Notes: generated from the sequence alone by a model not told the origin. DNA of 64,000 nucleotides from Eledone cirrhosa (GCA_964016885.1 OZ024741.1:103044001-103108000); one strand, 5' to 3'. Positions 1 through 14,484 are shown, counted from the first letter of the stretch. Numbers and translations: made by a program.

Positions 1-398
1 GCCGCCACAAATATATCGATGAATACGTTAATATATGGTTCGATTCCCGCTGGCGGTTCTGTCCACTTTTTTTTTACTCCAGGGGTTTTTTACCCGCCTT
101 ATTCAAATATACTATAGTTAACTAGCGTTGTGCCGGCTTCCAAAAGTTTTAAAAAATCAAACATACTTTCAAATTTTTCCGATGCTTCATAAAAGTTTCA
201 AAGTTGTCATTTATATATTTATTCTATTATAGTTATTGCTTTTGTTGCTTTTATTAATTCATGGATTAACGATGGTGCTGCTATTGTCGTTGATGTTGAT
301 AATGATAGCGATAATGATGGTGGTGATTACGTGATGGTTTTGATATATATACATCTAATGGTTATAGTTAACAACTGAAGTGCACCAGGCGAGGAAAA

Positions 399-432
<34 letters not shown>

Positions 433-849
433 GCACAAACACACATTTGTAAACGTATATATATTATATTCGAAACTAGTTTGGCACTCATCAGAAGATA
501 TGTATATCAACTAACAAGGAAATAAGTAGTGTTCTGAAGTGGACGTACTAATTTGCATATTACTGGCGCTCATATTGGTACTTACTTAAGATATACATTA
601 AGTTGTGCGCTAAGAAGCGGAAGAATACGATAATAATGTTTGTATAAAAACATAAAGATAAGACTCTACTAACATGAACGCTAAATACGTACATTTGACA
701 TACTTAAATGTCGATATACTAAAATGCGTAAATTTTTTATACACATTTAAGTGGACTTGGCTATCTCAATACTCTATATATACAGATATAAATTCATCGC
801 ACACTGTGCGCACAATTTAATATATATATTAGTATTATTATAATCGTTA

Positions 850-1625
850 TTCGTAACGCTTTTGTTCTGGCAGATGTTATACCGACACTAAACCAAAAGA
901 GCGAATCATAGCCAATGGTCAAAGATCCTTTGGGTCATTTCTTTTCCTTCAACTTTCCAATACCCTTCTTAGAATTCTTGCTGTTCCCAGCAAAGCTGTT
1001 TTCTGCAACAATCCTGTCCTGATAGTGATTCTTAGCTTCTCAAGCCATGTATCCAACATTCTACTAACTACTTCAAGTGCACCAACCACGATCGGTACCA
1101 CTTCTAAAGGTCTGCTTCTCCATAATTTCCTGATTTCCCTCTTCAGTTCCTGGTATTTCTTCACTTTCTCACTTTCTTTCTCATTCACCCTGTGGTCCCA
1201 CGATGAAGCAATATCCACAATGCATGCCGTGTTATTCTTCTCTTCTAAGATAACAATGTCAGGCTTTCTAGCCACGATAAAATGGTCGCACTGGGTGATC
1301 ATGTCCCACAAGATCTTATACTGCTCATTTTCAGCCATTCTTCCGGTTGGTGTTCATACCATTTCTCACATCTGCTCATGTCATACTTATGACAAAGATA
1401 CCAATGAACCAGCTTGGCAATATTGTCGTGCTTTCTCTTGTACTCTTTCTGAGCAAGCATCTTACATTCACAAATAATGTGGTTTATTGCCTCACCTTTC
1501 TCACCACACAACCTGCAAAGTGGAGAATTCACTGACTTGTCAATATTAAACTTGATATAGTTCTTTCTCAGTACCTGTTCATGGGTTGCAAAAATAAGGA
1601 CCTCAGTTTCAAATTTTAAGTCACT
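850..1625 (-). mobile_element. 5'-truncated R4/Dong-like non-LTR retrotransposon (CCHC knuckle + restriction-like endonuclease), frameshifted
   Basis: CRLCGEKGEAINHIICEC..KRKHDNIAKLVHWYLC (ORF 1299-1742), then RKPDIVI..IVDIA..EKVKKYQEL..VVPIVVGAL (ORF 949-1338); bounded by TAA/TTA-rich repeats. Confidence 0.85.
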
Positions 1626-1644
1626 TATTATTTTTATTATTATT

Positions 1645-2395
1645 TTCTTTTCTTTCCCTTCAGTAATGTTTCCGTTATATGCCGAGTGTCTGACAGCTAG
1701 GGCAAATAAACTCACTGAATACATTGGTAATCCAGTTAACACACCAAAATGATTATAATTTTCAGAGAGATAGTGCTCTTCTCAATACGTGTGCAGTACC
1801 AGTAAAAACAATTTTTGCACTTCTTGCAGAGAGGGTAAACCAGGGATCATTCTCAAATACTATTCTGTTCCTTTCTTTATCATTCCCAGTGCTCCCACAA
1901 TCACTGGTATTGTAACGGCCTTGGGGTACCACATTTCTTACAATTTCAATGAGCAGATATTTATATTTTCTAAACTTGTCAAATTCTTTTGCCACGATAT
2001 TGCGATCACATGGGATGCACATATCAAACAATAAACAGACCTTGCTATGTTGGTCTTTTACAATGATATCTGGTCTATTAGCTTTTATGGTCCGGTCAGT
2101 ATGTACATGAAAGTCCTAAGAATTGTTACTTTTTCTCCTTCAGTTACAGCCTCAGGGTGATGATTGTACCACTTGTCAGCAGTTTTGATTTTATAATGCC
2201 GACTTATTAACCAGTGTAGATATTGGCTAACTCTGTCATGTCTATATGTGTACTCTACTGGTGCTAAAACTTTACATCCAGATATTAAGTGGTCTTCTTT
2301 TTCAGCCTCATCATTGCAGAATCGGCACTTTAGATTTATTCCATTTCTCATCACATTGGCCCGGTAATCCCTTGTCAGTAAGCAGATATGATGAA
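1645..2395 (-). mobile_element. second, divergent R4/Dong-like RLE LINE fragment in tandem with the first
   Basis: CRFCNDEAEKEDHLISGC..YRHDRVSQYLHWLI..KWYNHHPE and FDMCIPCDRNIVAKEFDKFRKY; flanked by (TTA)n/(GTA)n. Confidence 0.8.
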
Positions 2396-2459
2396 GCCTT
2401 CGCTCTCTTCTTCGTCTTCTTATTATTATTATTATTAGTAGTAGTAGTAGTAGTAGTAC

Positions 2460-2513
<54 letters not shown>

Positions 2514-2740
2514 CACAGATAAAAAGTTTAAGCAATTTCTGCTTCTACCCTTATACGGGATCTTCTGAAACCTATCGTGTTCTCTCGGGATATATATATA
2601 CCCACCCCCACTCTCAAGCGTGAAACTAATATTAACATTTGTACTGCCTCTTCGCTTCCACGTTGTTTTTTGTTTACTGTCGCAACTATAATATATATAT
2701 ACATATATATATATATTAGGTTATGCAAGAAATGTTTAGG

Positions 2741-3095
2741 ATTATCCTGAATGCAGTAATGGTTAATTACTACACTAGATAGAGTCGACGTACAGTGAGA
2801 GGTTACTCAACGAGTTACAAAAGAACAGTTAAAGAAACTTGGTTTCCGATTTTTCTATATTCCGGAGTGTAGATAAAGAATGATTAATAAAACAGGTAGA
2901 CATCATAAAAAGGTAATTTATTCCAAGTGTTTACAAATGCTTTCTTAGTAGTTACACAGCCTAGTCATTCTATATGCAAATTGTATTTATTAATTTGCAG
3001 ATACTCAATTTTCAAATGATGTTCGTACCACCAATTCTTCAGAACTAATATGGTGGATCTTAGTTTCTTAATATTTCTTAAAGGGAGTAATTGGG
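2741..3095 (-). mobile_element. solo 3' terminal fragment of the PLE family at 57838-59540
   Basis: 2741-2875 matches 57838-57973 directly; 2880-3020 matches the reverse complement of ~59400-59537. Confidence 0.7.
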
Positions 3096-3098
3096 GGA

Positions 3099-3156
<58 letters not shown>

Positions 3157-3298
3157 TAAAATAACAGATTAAAGTTTAAGCAAAGAATCGCTGCTTTCAC
3201 CCTTAATAAATATTTGCTCTACGGTTCTTATATACTTGATATATATTTTCCTTATCGAGCCCTCTTTGGATTTTAGTCTTCAATTTTACTATTATTAC

Positions 3299-3335
<37 letters not shown>

Positions 3336-3597
3336 ATTTATGTTATGTTGTTTACCAGCGGGTAGAACTGGTGATTCCGGTTGGTAGACGATGATGCAAT
3401 AAATCAAAGCCCTCGAAACTATGCAAATCATCCATTGTAGATATGGTATCTTGTAGCTGGTGCAGGAAAAACATAAAAAACAGGGATTATTTGCCGTTAC
3501 AATAACACTGAATTGGCAATCAATCCCCGAACCAAGTCTATCCTCTATTCTCTGTTTGTGTTCGCCGTATTCTTGTTATATAATTAGTTTTGCAATC

Positions 3598-3674
3598 AAC
3601 AACTGATGAAATCGCCTAAGCCTTGCATCATGATCGGATGATGAAACTGGGCCATTGAAATATTTATAGTGTTT
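3598..3674 (+). ncRNA. type I hammerhead ribozyme candidate (extended helix II)
   Basis: CTGATGA aat..att GAAA tattta TA; helix I aaca/tgtt with a closing mismatch. Confidence 0.45.
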
Positions 3675-3806
3675 TAGCAGAAAGTTTCTGGTATTTTTAA
3701 TATATATCATCAAACTCATTTTTGCATCCCCGAAATACAATGATATATACAATGAAATACACAATGAAATAAATAGTGATGTTATAAAGTTATACCTTTC
3801 GTTATT

Positions 3807-3897
<91 letters not shown>

Positions 3898-3978
3898 GGT
3901 AAACAGAAATAACAACACAATCGGTACAGTATGTGGAAGGGATATATTAGGTTAACGCTTGATATAGCAGGAAGAGGG

Positions 3979-4014
3979 TCTTAACGTTTCGGACGCTAGT
4001 CCTTCATCAGAAGA
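3979..4014 (-). ncRNA. minimal type I hammerhead ribozyme
   Basis: minus strand tctt CTGATGA a ggac tagc gtcc GAAA cgt TA aga; palindromic helix III aacgtt. Confidence 0.7.
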
Positions 4015-4699
4015 AAGAATGAGAAATAAGATAGATTGAGGGGACGGGCGGGATGGAATAAAATACTAATGAAAAATAAGGATTAAAATCTTTTAAATAC
4101 ATTATTTTGTTTGGCAAGCAGTAGAGTTTGTTTCACCGTGCGGGCGCCAGACAAACCACTTTTTTTCTATTCACAGAAAATCAACTTTTTGAAATCCTTT
4201 CTCCACTGAAAAAAAATGTTGCTGCTATTGTCGACTTTTAGACGTATCAATACACACAGAGACTGCATTGGTATCAATTACTATCGGATATCCTTGGACG
4301 GGTATCAAAAGAGCCCCTACCTCCTGACACCCCACGAGAAAAATAAAGTGACTTGCGTCTATCTCAAGATGTTTGATAATGAAATGGAAAACGTTTGTTA
4401 TTAAATGGAAAACGTTTGTTATTAAATTTGAGATGTGTTGCTCACCAATATATGTCAGTCGTTGAAACAATCAGCATACCACTGAATGTCAAAGCTTTAT
4501 CGTTATACGAACGCTCCAACTTAATAATGTAAGCAATATCTCAATTATTTCTGTATAACTATACGTTTTTTGTTATTTTCTCTCCAGATAATATCATTAT
4601 TCGCTTTCAGTAATTATATTGTTATTGCTCTGTGTGCCTTGGTGGAATATATTTGTGGTGTTATTATTTTTATTCTATTGACAGTACCCTATGTAATAT

Positions 4700-5110
4700 G
4701 TATGCCCTACCTAGTACTGTTCTAGGTGTTGGTTACGTATTTGTCTGCATAGCACCTAGTATTTTAGGAATCGTTGCGATTTTCACTATGTACATTTATA
4801 TTATTCCCAGTTTGCGATCTTAATATTCGGATAATTTCTCCATTTCTTTGAGAGATAAATTATCCTCTAGTGGGACTGATACGTCGAGTATGAAACATGT
4901 CTTTTCTTTGTAGTCTTTGATGACAATACCCGGTCGATTATACTTGATCACCATGTCTGTATGAATTGTATTCTAAAGTATTGTTGAATTGCCATTTCCT
5001 GAAACCTTTTATGGGGTATGTTTATATCACATTTCTTATTGGAATGTCCTAATACTGGCATAATTCCCAGTGGATGAAAGCGCCAATGTTGTGAAGTCTT
5101 GTGAAGACAA
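4700..5110 (-). mobile_element. third decayed R4/Dong-like RLE fragment
   Basis: minus strand reads RPGIVIKDYKEKTCFILDVSVPLEDNLSLKEMEKLSEY, the same RLE motif as 949-1338. Confidence 0.65.
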
Positions 5111-5384
5111 TGCGGTTATTTGCTTCTATTCAACTCCCACATATTTAGCAGTTATGTAATATACTTTACTTCGTTACATGCTTTGGTAAAGCATATAGAA
5201 AGGCAATGATATTGTGTCGTTTTGAGTAGTGTTTTTCTCAACCATCGCAGTGATTTTTCTTTGTCTCGTTCTATCCTGCCCGGTCTTTGTCGAGGAGAGG
5301 TTTTGTCCTGTGCTGTTATCAACAATCGTTCAATCTTAGCCTTCTAAACTAGTGCTGTACATTTTCTGTTTCTAGACACATCAG

Positions 5385-5830
5385 TTTCTTCTTCTTCTTC
5401 TTTTCTCTTCTTCTTCTTCTTTTTCTTCTTCTTCTTCTTCTTCTTCTTCTTTTTATTTTTATTTTTATTTTTCTTCTTCTTCATCTACTTATTCCTGGAG
5501 GGGTTGTTGAGCAGACATACCTTCTAAAAGCAGCCGTCTTCAAATGATCAGGCTGGATCCCCAAGCGAGAACAACCGAGATTATGTATGTTATCCAACCA
5601 CCTTGCTCATGGCCAAGCTCTTGGTCTCCTGTCGGATTGCTTTGTCTAGTGATTCTTTCCTTAGACATTCTAACCACATGTCTGTATCTCAGCAGCTGTG
5701 ATCCCTTGATGCGGAGAAGCTGGGGTTCTAACTGGAGCGACTCCCTGGTCTCCGAGCTACTCACTCTACTGATTAACATTACCCCGAAGACCGTTCAGAG
5801 GGACCTCATTTCGGCTGCTTGATTTACCAT
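5385..5830 (-). mobile_element. 5'-truncated RTE-clade LINE 3' end with (GAA)n tail
   Basis: EPQLLRIKGSQLLRYRHVVRMSKERIT resembles the RTE C-terminal QLRWFGHxxRM motif; (TTC)n at 5385-5480. Confidence 0.6.
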
Positions 5831-6287
5831 ATCACCTAGATTTATTCCACGACTTTCTCCTCGGATTCCAGATTTATTAGGATTATGATTTGTCACTCAA
5901 TGTCCTAAGTTCCAATTCTTATGATGTTCATGAAATGCGCCGTGCACTGGAGATGATGTTGTTGTTGATGCTGTTGTTTATCCCCAGATCAGCCATGATC
6001 AGGCAGATTATTGATTCAATGTATTCCAAGCATTCCCATCTATACCCTTAGGTTAAGTAGAACTAAATAATCCATAAGCTCTTTTTCTATAAATGCTAAT
6101 GATATTTGAGGGAAATTTCGCTGCAATATCTAGCAGTTCGAGTGACTATGTAGAGGGTCCCTTTGTGTTCTTTCCTTCCATACTTGTTAAGCACTGCAGT
6201 CGATGAAATCTGGTAATTGATGCACCACCAACATACACACACATACACACACACACACTCATATATATATATATATATATATATATA

Positions 6288-6595
6288 ATCTTTTGGTCTT
6301 TTACTCTTTTACCTGTTCCAGCCATCCGGCTGAGGCACCGCCCTTGTTGCTATACATTCTATTCCGGCCTGTGTTGGCAGGCCATTGGTGTAAGAGCGCA
6401 TTCGTTGCTGCTGCCCCTAGTTACCTTCGTCCGTGCTGTGGGTTCATCCGAGATCCGAGATAGCAGGGTGTCGAGATGTCCATACCAACCAGATCTCTTA
6501 TATCCCTTGGCAGCTTGTAGAAGAGTTGAGGGCCTTTGAATTCCAGGCCATATCTGCTCCTTATTCTAGATGTGAAAGACGGGATCTTTCGCACC
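6288..6595 (-). mobile_element. short 5'-truncated copy of the CR1-group LINE at 47240-51113
   Basis: FKGPQLFYKLPRDIRDL and the 3' UTR match the reverse complement of 50790-51113; tail gtaaaagagtaaaaga. Confidence 0.8.
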
Positions 6596-6810
6596 ATATA
6601 TATATATGTATATATATATGAGGATCCGCTAAGGTAAAACAATTGTTCTTGGTATGGTGAACTAACTGTTGTGTAACCACTTCTACCTAACTCGTCCCAT
6701 GGATTGAGTGCTCTACCACAACGGATATTACCTTCCAGTGTTCTACCACTATATATATATATATATATATATAAATTCTCTTAGAGTTGTCTGGAATGTA
6801 TTCACTTACC

Positions 6811-6888
6811 ACACGCTGATGAACCTGAGTGTTTCATTCCATACACTAATCTTTTGGCGAAACAAATCTCTTTGAGTTTGTAAGGGTG
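6811..6888 (+). ncRNA. degenerate type I hammerhead (duplicate at 11269-11346)
   Basis: CTGATGA..GAAAC aaatctc ttt gagttt GTA; helix I is imperfect. Confidence 0.45.
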
Positions 6889-7034
6889 TATGATATATAG
6901 TTATAAAGGTGGTTAAATTTATTCTGATTTAATTTTAATTATTATGCGCCTACTTCGAATTTCGTAGTTTATAGATTCCACAAACTGGTGGTTTTCCCTG
7001 TACATTGATAAACACACACTCTCTCTCGTGTGTT

Positions 7035-7255
7035 ATATTTTCTACATATTATATTTGAAGTGCCCAGGATTCTTTTTCCTTTGAGCTCATAATTTACAGG
7101 GACTAACTCTACTTTATGACTCCGTTAATTTATTTTAATATATATGTATATATCAAAATAAATTAACGGAGTCATAAACTAGCGATAGTCCCTGTAATTT
7201 TTGAGCTCAAACGAAAAAGAAACCTGGGCACTTCAAATATAATATGTAGAAAATA
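7035..7255. repeat. ~100 bp-arm foldback inverted repeat (duplicate at ~11493-11713)
   Basis: tattttctacatattatatttgaagtgcccagg..ccgttaatttatttt mirrored by aaaataaattaacgg..cctgggcacttcaaatataatatgtagaaaata. Confidence 0.85.
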
Positions 7256-7265
7256 TATATATATA

Positions 7266-7812
7266 TTAGAATTGGTGCTCTGAAATAGCGATATATATAT
7301 GAATGTATATATAGTGTATTTTTCAATACACTGTATGCTTAATTAAAAGCATTTCGAAGACCATACGCTATTGTTTTAGAGTAGTGACAGTCTCACTTAC
7401 TTTAAATGTTCAGCAAACAGGGGAGAAAAAGCTGACAGAGCTCTGTTTCGTACTGATTGGTACTTATCAAAGCCAAGTACTGCACCTGTTTGCTGAAAAT
7501 CATGAATGTTTGATTCTTATAGAATTCTAGTAATAATCAGGAACTGGTTATACAGAGCGGTTGCCGGTCAAGCAGAAATTGAAAATTAGAATTGGTGCTC
7601 TGAAATAGCTATATATGTATGAATGTATATATAGTGTATTTTGCAATACACTGTATGCTAAATTAAAGTACCAATCAGTACGAAACAGAGCTATGTCAGC
7701 TTTATCTCCTCTGTTTGGTGACAATTTAAAGTAAGTGAGACTGTCACTACTCTAAAACAATAGCGTAAGGTCTTCGAAATGCTTTTAATTAAGCATACTG
7801 TGTATTGCAAAA
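7266..7812 (-). mobile_element. non-coding HHR-bearing element, 320-nt period, with an inverted partial copy
   Basis: ttagaattggtgctctgaaatag at 7266 and 7586; 7668-7812 is the reverse complement of ~7320-7462. Confidence 0.7.
7431..7473 (-). ncRNA. type I hammerhead with U3-A8 core (duplicate at 11889-11931)
   Basis: gct TTGATAA gtac caatca gtac GAAAC agagctct GTC agc; all three helices pair. Confidence 0.75.
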
Positions 7813-7960
7813 TTATTTTTTTCCGTAGAGTGCTTCCAATCTACTGTAAAATTCATTCTTTGATATACTCATTGAATCTTGTTTAACTCTTTAATATATA
7901 TATAAATATATATATAGATATTTTTATATATATATATATATATTATATATATAATATATT

Positions 7961-7991
<31 letters not shown>

Positions 7992-8038
7992 ATTTAGATA
8001 TATATATTTATATATTTATATTTATATATATATATATT

Positions 8039-8073
<35 letters not shown>

Positions 8074-8081
8074 CACATATT

Positions 8082-8115
<34 letters not shown>

Positions 8116-8159
8116 ACATATTTATATAAATATATATATTTATATATATATCATATATC

Positions 8160-8213
<54 letters not shown>

Positions 8214-8279
8214 TATATATATCATATATATATAAATATATATATATATCATATATATATATATTTATATATATATCAC

Positions 8280-8314
<35 letters not shown>

Positions 8315-8319
8315 ACATA

Positions 8320-8481
<162 letters not shown>

Positions 8482-8483
8482 TA

Positions 8484-9042
8484 TATGTGTGCATGTATGT
8501 ATATATATATACATACTACTGTATGTCTGTATACATATATGTATGTACGTGTAGATACTTATATTTAAGTAGCAGCCTTACTAAGAGTGGGAAATGAAAT
8601 TTCGTTTCATTTTTTCCGTTTATCGTTTTCGGTGCACCCGGCCGATTAACCCACTCGATATGCAAATTGGGCTACTCAGCCATTAATATGCATAAGGTAA
8701 CTATATACGTTCAACAATCTGGCAGGAAGGTATACGTTGCTGACGATAGCTAATAAGCTTGAAACTAGTACGGCGTTCCATTGTCAGTGTTGAACAAACG
8801 AACAACGATGGTTGCTAGACACTACGGCTTAATACGGGATGTTTGTTTACAAACACACCGAGCTTTATAATAAATGTTCGGTGAATCCAAACGTACATAT
8901 ATATATGTGTGCATGCATGTATATATATATACATACTACTGTATGTCTGTATACATATATGTATGTACGTGTATATACTTATATTTAAGTAACAGCCGTA
9001 CTAAGAGTGGGAAATGAAATTTCGTTTCATTTTTTCCGTTTA
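8484..9042 (+). mobile_element. non-coding HHR-bearing element, 420-nt period, ~1.3 units (duplicate at ~12944-13502)
   Basis: ctaagagtgggaaatgaaatttcg at 8581 and 9001; ends ttttccgttta(TA)n. Confidence 0.7.
8734..8776 (+). ncRNA. minimal type I hammerhead (duplicate at 13194-13236)
   Basis: acgttg CTGACGA t agc taataa gct t GAAA cta GTA c(a/g)gcgt; palindromic helix III actagt. Confidence 0.7.
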
Positions 9043-9073
9043 TATATATATGTATTTATATATATATATATTT

Positions 9074-9104
<31 letters not shown>

Positions 9105-9130
9105 TTATATATATGTATATATATATATTT

Positions 9131-9209
<79 letters not shown>

Positions 9210-9234
9210 AATATATATTACACAAAGAGAGTGT

Positions 9235-9515
9235 GTTACACAGTGAGATGTGTGTAAAGAATTATTACAAGTGAGTTTACCGTTACTGTGTAGAGAACAA
9301 AATCTACAGGTTTAGCAATTAAATAGAAAAAAACTAAGTCAGAATCAAATCTCTGGATTAGAGTTTTAAATTACCAACCTTATAACTATAGGTTTGCTGA
9401 TACGAATCTGACTTAGTTTTTTTTTTATTTAATTGCTAAACCTGAAGATATTGTTCTCTATACAGTAACGATAAACTCACTTGTAATATTTGTTTACACA
9501 CTTCTCTTTCTGTAA
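9235..9515. repeat. foldback inverted repeat, ~110 bp arms (duplicate at ~13709-13990)
   Basis: acaagtgagtttaccgttactg..aactaagtcagaatc versus gaatctgacttag..cagtaacgataaactcacttgt. Confidence 0.8.
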
Positions 9516-9641
9516 TATATATTTGCATTTGAGCTCAGAAGGAAATTCTCTAGTCTTCTTTGAGCTAATACTACAATTATTATTATAGTGAACTGCGGAA
9601 TACTCTTAATTCCGATCTTTGTATATTTATATATATATATT

Positions 9642-9673
<32 letters not shown>

Positions 9674-9697
9674 TATATATATATATTTATATATATA

Positions 9698-9751
<54 letters not shown>

Positions 9752-9875
9752 TATATATATATATTTATATATATATATATATATATTTATATATTTATAT
9801 ATATATATATTTATATATATATATTTATATATATATATTTATATATATATATTTATATATATATATATATATGTT

Positions 9876-9949
<74 letters not shown>

Positions 9950-10542
9950 TATATATATATATATTTATATATATATATTTATATATACAATATTAAATAA
10001 ATGGAAAACTATATTTATAAAACCATATTTATTTCATTATATATTTCGGGGATATCATATTAACAATATGCTATGCCTTCATCGAGTGCTTTTATATCAG
10101 TTATAAATATTTACTAGTTGTAACCCAACAATTTTAAATATAACTTTACATGTATATTTATATATATATAATTATATATATATATTTATATATTTATATA
10201 TATATATTTATATATATATATTTATATATATATATTTATATATATATATATTTATATATATATATATATATATATATTTGTATATATATATTTATGAAAA
10301 TATGGGTGAGAAGAATACTGCTGGTTGCACATGGATAACATGTTATAAAATGAGTCCCTCATCAGTGATTTACCAAACGATCATGGGTATTTCATCGCAT
10401 TAAAAATCATATACCTCACGTTTGGAGCGATAATAACTAAAATAAGTTATTAGGACAATAGAAATAAATATATTTAAATAAATATATTTACATATATACA
10501 TATATATATATATTTATATAAATATATTTATATATATATATA

Positions 10543-11068
10543 AGCAAGATGTATGGTAGGTCGTATGTGAATCGCGATAGTTTTTAGGGAAACTTTATAT
10601 CTTTATTTTTTTATTTTATTAGTCTCTTAATCTCTTCTAGTTTGTTAAGTTTATTGGGCCTTGTAAGCTTTATGCACTTATTGAGGTATTTTTTTAAGGT
10701 GCTTCTACGAGATCTCAAGTCTTTTACTTTTAATGCGTAAATTATAAATTATCTAATTTTTAACCTTCAATCCCTGACTCTCAGGCCATTTTCAAACTCT
10801 CTTAACTCTCCATAACCCATCCCTTTTACAATTCCGACAACTAATATAAAAGAGCCCCCTTAGAATATAGACCCCAAATATACAAGCGGAGCTGCTGATG
10901 TATACCACAATTTCAAACTGCTAGTCTTAAGTGATACGTTGATGTAAATAATGAACTTACAATCACATGTTATATGCCTTGAAATGTCCCACCATATGGT
11001 CGGACGAAACGGCTGTCGGCAATAAACTTGTTATAATGTCATAATAGTTCCTTTGTTCTTTTTCATTA
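10543..11068 (+). mobile_element. PLE-type 3' end with hammerhead at ~10976-11020 (duplicate at ~15937-16461; relative at 22013-22217 on minus)
   Basis: gcc TTGAAAT gtcc..ggac GAAAC ggct GTC ggc; both termini are shared with 22013-22217. Confidence 0.6.
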
Positions 11069-11101
11069 ATATATATATATATATATTTATATAAATATAT
11101 T

Positions 11102-11132
<31 letters not shown>

Positions 11133-11174
11133 ATATTTATATATAGATATTTATATATATATATATTTATATTA

Positions 11175-11234
<60 letters not shown>

Positions 11235-12381
11235 TCTCTTAGAGTTGTCTGGAATGTATTCACTTACCACACGCTGATGAACCTGAGTGTTTCATTCCAT
11301 ACACTAATCTTTTGGCGAAACAAATCTCTTTGAGTTTGTAAGGGTGTATGATATATAGTTATAAAGGTGGTTAAATTTATTCTGATTTAATTTTAATTAT
11401 TATGCGCCTACTTCGAATTTCGTAGTTTATAGATTCCACAAACTGGTGGTTTTCCCTGTACATTGATAAACACACACTCTCTCTCGTGTGTTATATTTTC
11501 TACATATTATATTTGAAGTGCCCAGGATTCTTTTTCCTTTGAGCTCATAATTTACAGGGACTAACTCTACTTTATGACTCCGTTAATTTATTTTAATATA
11601 TATGTATATATCAAAATAAATTAACGGAGTCATAAACTAGCGATAGTCCCTGTAATTTTTGAGCTCAAACGAAAAAGAAACCTGGGCACTTCAAATATAA
11701 TATGTAGAAAATATATATATATATTAGAATTGGTGCTCTGAAATAGCGATATATATATGAATGTATATATAGTGTATTTTTCAATACACTGTATGCTTAA
11801 TTAAAAGCATTTCGAAGACCATACGCTATTGTTTTAGAGTAGTGACAGTCTCACTTACTTTAAATGTTCAGCAAACAGGGGAGAAAAAGCTGACAGAGCT
11901 CTGTTTCGTACTGATTGGTACTTATCAAAGCCAAGTACTGCACCTGTTTGCTGAAAATCATGAATGTTTGATTCTTATAGAATTCTAGTAATAATCAGGA
12001 ACTGGTTATACAGAGCGGTTGCCGGTCAAGCAGAAATTGAAAATTAGAATTGGTGCTCTGAAATAGCTATATATGTATGAATGTATATATAGTGTATTTT
12101 GCAATACACTGTATGCTAAATTAAAGTACCAATCAGTACGAAACAGAGCTATGTCAGCTTTATCTCCTCTGTTTGGTGAAAATTTAAAGTAAGTGAGACT
12201 GTCACTACTCTAAAACAATAGCGTAAGGTCTTCGAAATGCTTTTAATTAAGCATACTGTGTATTGCAAAATTATTTTTTCCGTAGAGTGCTTCCAATCTA
12301 CTGTAAAATTCATTCTTTGATATACTCATTGAATCTTGTTTAACTCTTTAATATATATATAAATATATATATAGATATTTT

Positions 12382-12412
<31 letters not shown>

Positions 12413-12419
12413 ATATATT

Positions 12420-12452
<33 letters not shown>

Positions 12453-12458
12453 ATTTAG

Positions 12459-12516
<58 letters not shown>

Positions 12517-12624
12517 ATATTTATGTATATATATCACATATTTATATATATATATATATATATATACTTATATATAGATCACATATTTATATAAATATAT
12601 ATATTTATATATATATCATATATC

Positions 12625-12674
<50 letters not shown>

Positions 12675-12740
12675 TATATATATCATATATATATAAATAT
12701 ATATATATATCATATATATATATATTTATATATATATCAC

Positions 12741-12777
<37 letters not shown>

Positions 12778-12782
12778 ACATA

Positions 12783-12941
<159 letters not shown>

Positions 12942-13533
12942 TATATGTGTGCATGTATGTATATATATATGCATACTACTGTATGTCTGTATACATATAT
13001 GTATGTACGTGTAGATACTTATATTTAAGTAGCAGCCTTACTAAGAGTGGGAAATGAAATTTCGTTTCATTTTTTCCGTTTATCGTTTTCGGTGCACCCG
13101 GCCGATTAACCCACTCGATATGCAAATTGGGCTACTCAGCCATTAATATGCATAAGGTAAGTATATACGTTCAACAATCTGGCAGGAAGGTATACGTTGC
13201 TGACGATAGCTAATAAGCTTGAAACTAGTACAGCGTTCCATTGTCAGTGTTGAACAAACGAACAACGATGGTTGCTAGACACTACGGCTTAATACGGGAT
13301 GTTTGTTTACAAACACACCGAGCTTTATAATAAATGTTCGGTGAATCCAAACGTACATATATATATGTGTGCATGCATGTATATATATATACATACTACT
13401 GTATGTCTGTATACATATATGTATGTACGTGTATATACTTATATTTAAGTAACAGCCGTACTAAGAGTGGGAAATGAAATTTCGTTTCATTTTTTCCGTT
13501 TATATATATATGTATTTATATATATATATATTT

Positions 13534-13564
<31 letters not shown>

Positions 13565-13595
13565 TTATATATATGTATATATATATATATTTATA

Positions 13596-13683
<88 letters not shown>

Positions 13684-14109
13684 AATATATATTACACAAA
13701 GAGAGTGTGTTACACAGTGAGATGTGTGTAAAGAATTATTACAAGTGAGTTTACCGTTACTGTGTAGAGAACAAAATCTACAGGTTTAGCAATTAAATAG
13801 AAAAAAACTAAGTCAGAATCAAATCTCTGGATTAGAGTTTTAAATTACCAACCTTATAACTATAGGTTTGCTGATACGAATCTGACTTAGTTTTTTTTTT
13901 ATTTAATTGCTAAACCTGAAGATATTGTTCTCTATACAGTAACGATGAACTCACTTGTAATATTTTTTTACACACTTCTCTTTCTGTAATATATATTTGC
14001 ATTTGAGCTCAGAAGGAAATTCTCTAGTCTTCTTTGAGCTAATACTACAATTATTATTATAGTGAACTGCGGAATACTCTTAATTCCGATCTTTGTATAT
14101 TTATATATA

Positions 14110-14348
<239 letters not shown>

Positions 14349-14425
14349 ATTTATATATATATATATATATTTATATATTTATATATATATATTTATATAT
14401 ATTTATATATTTATATATATATATT

Positions 14426-14479
<54 letters not shown>

Positions 14480-14484
14480 TATAT

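Noticed and set aside
5955-6165. Possible cephalopod SINE remnant with a (CAA)n tail
   Set aside because: Resemblance is from memory only; there is no second copy or Pol III box in the window
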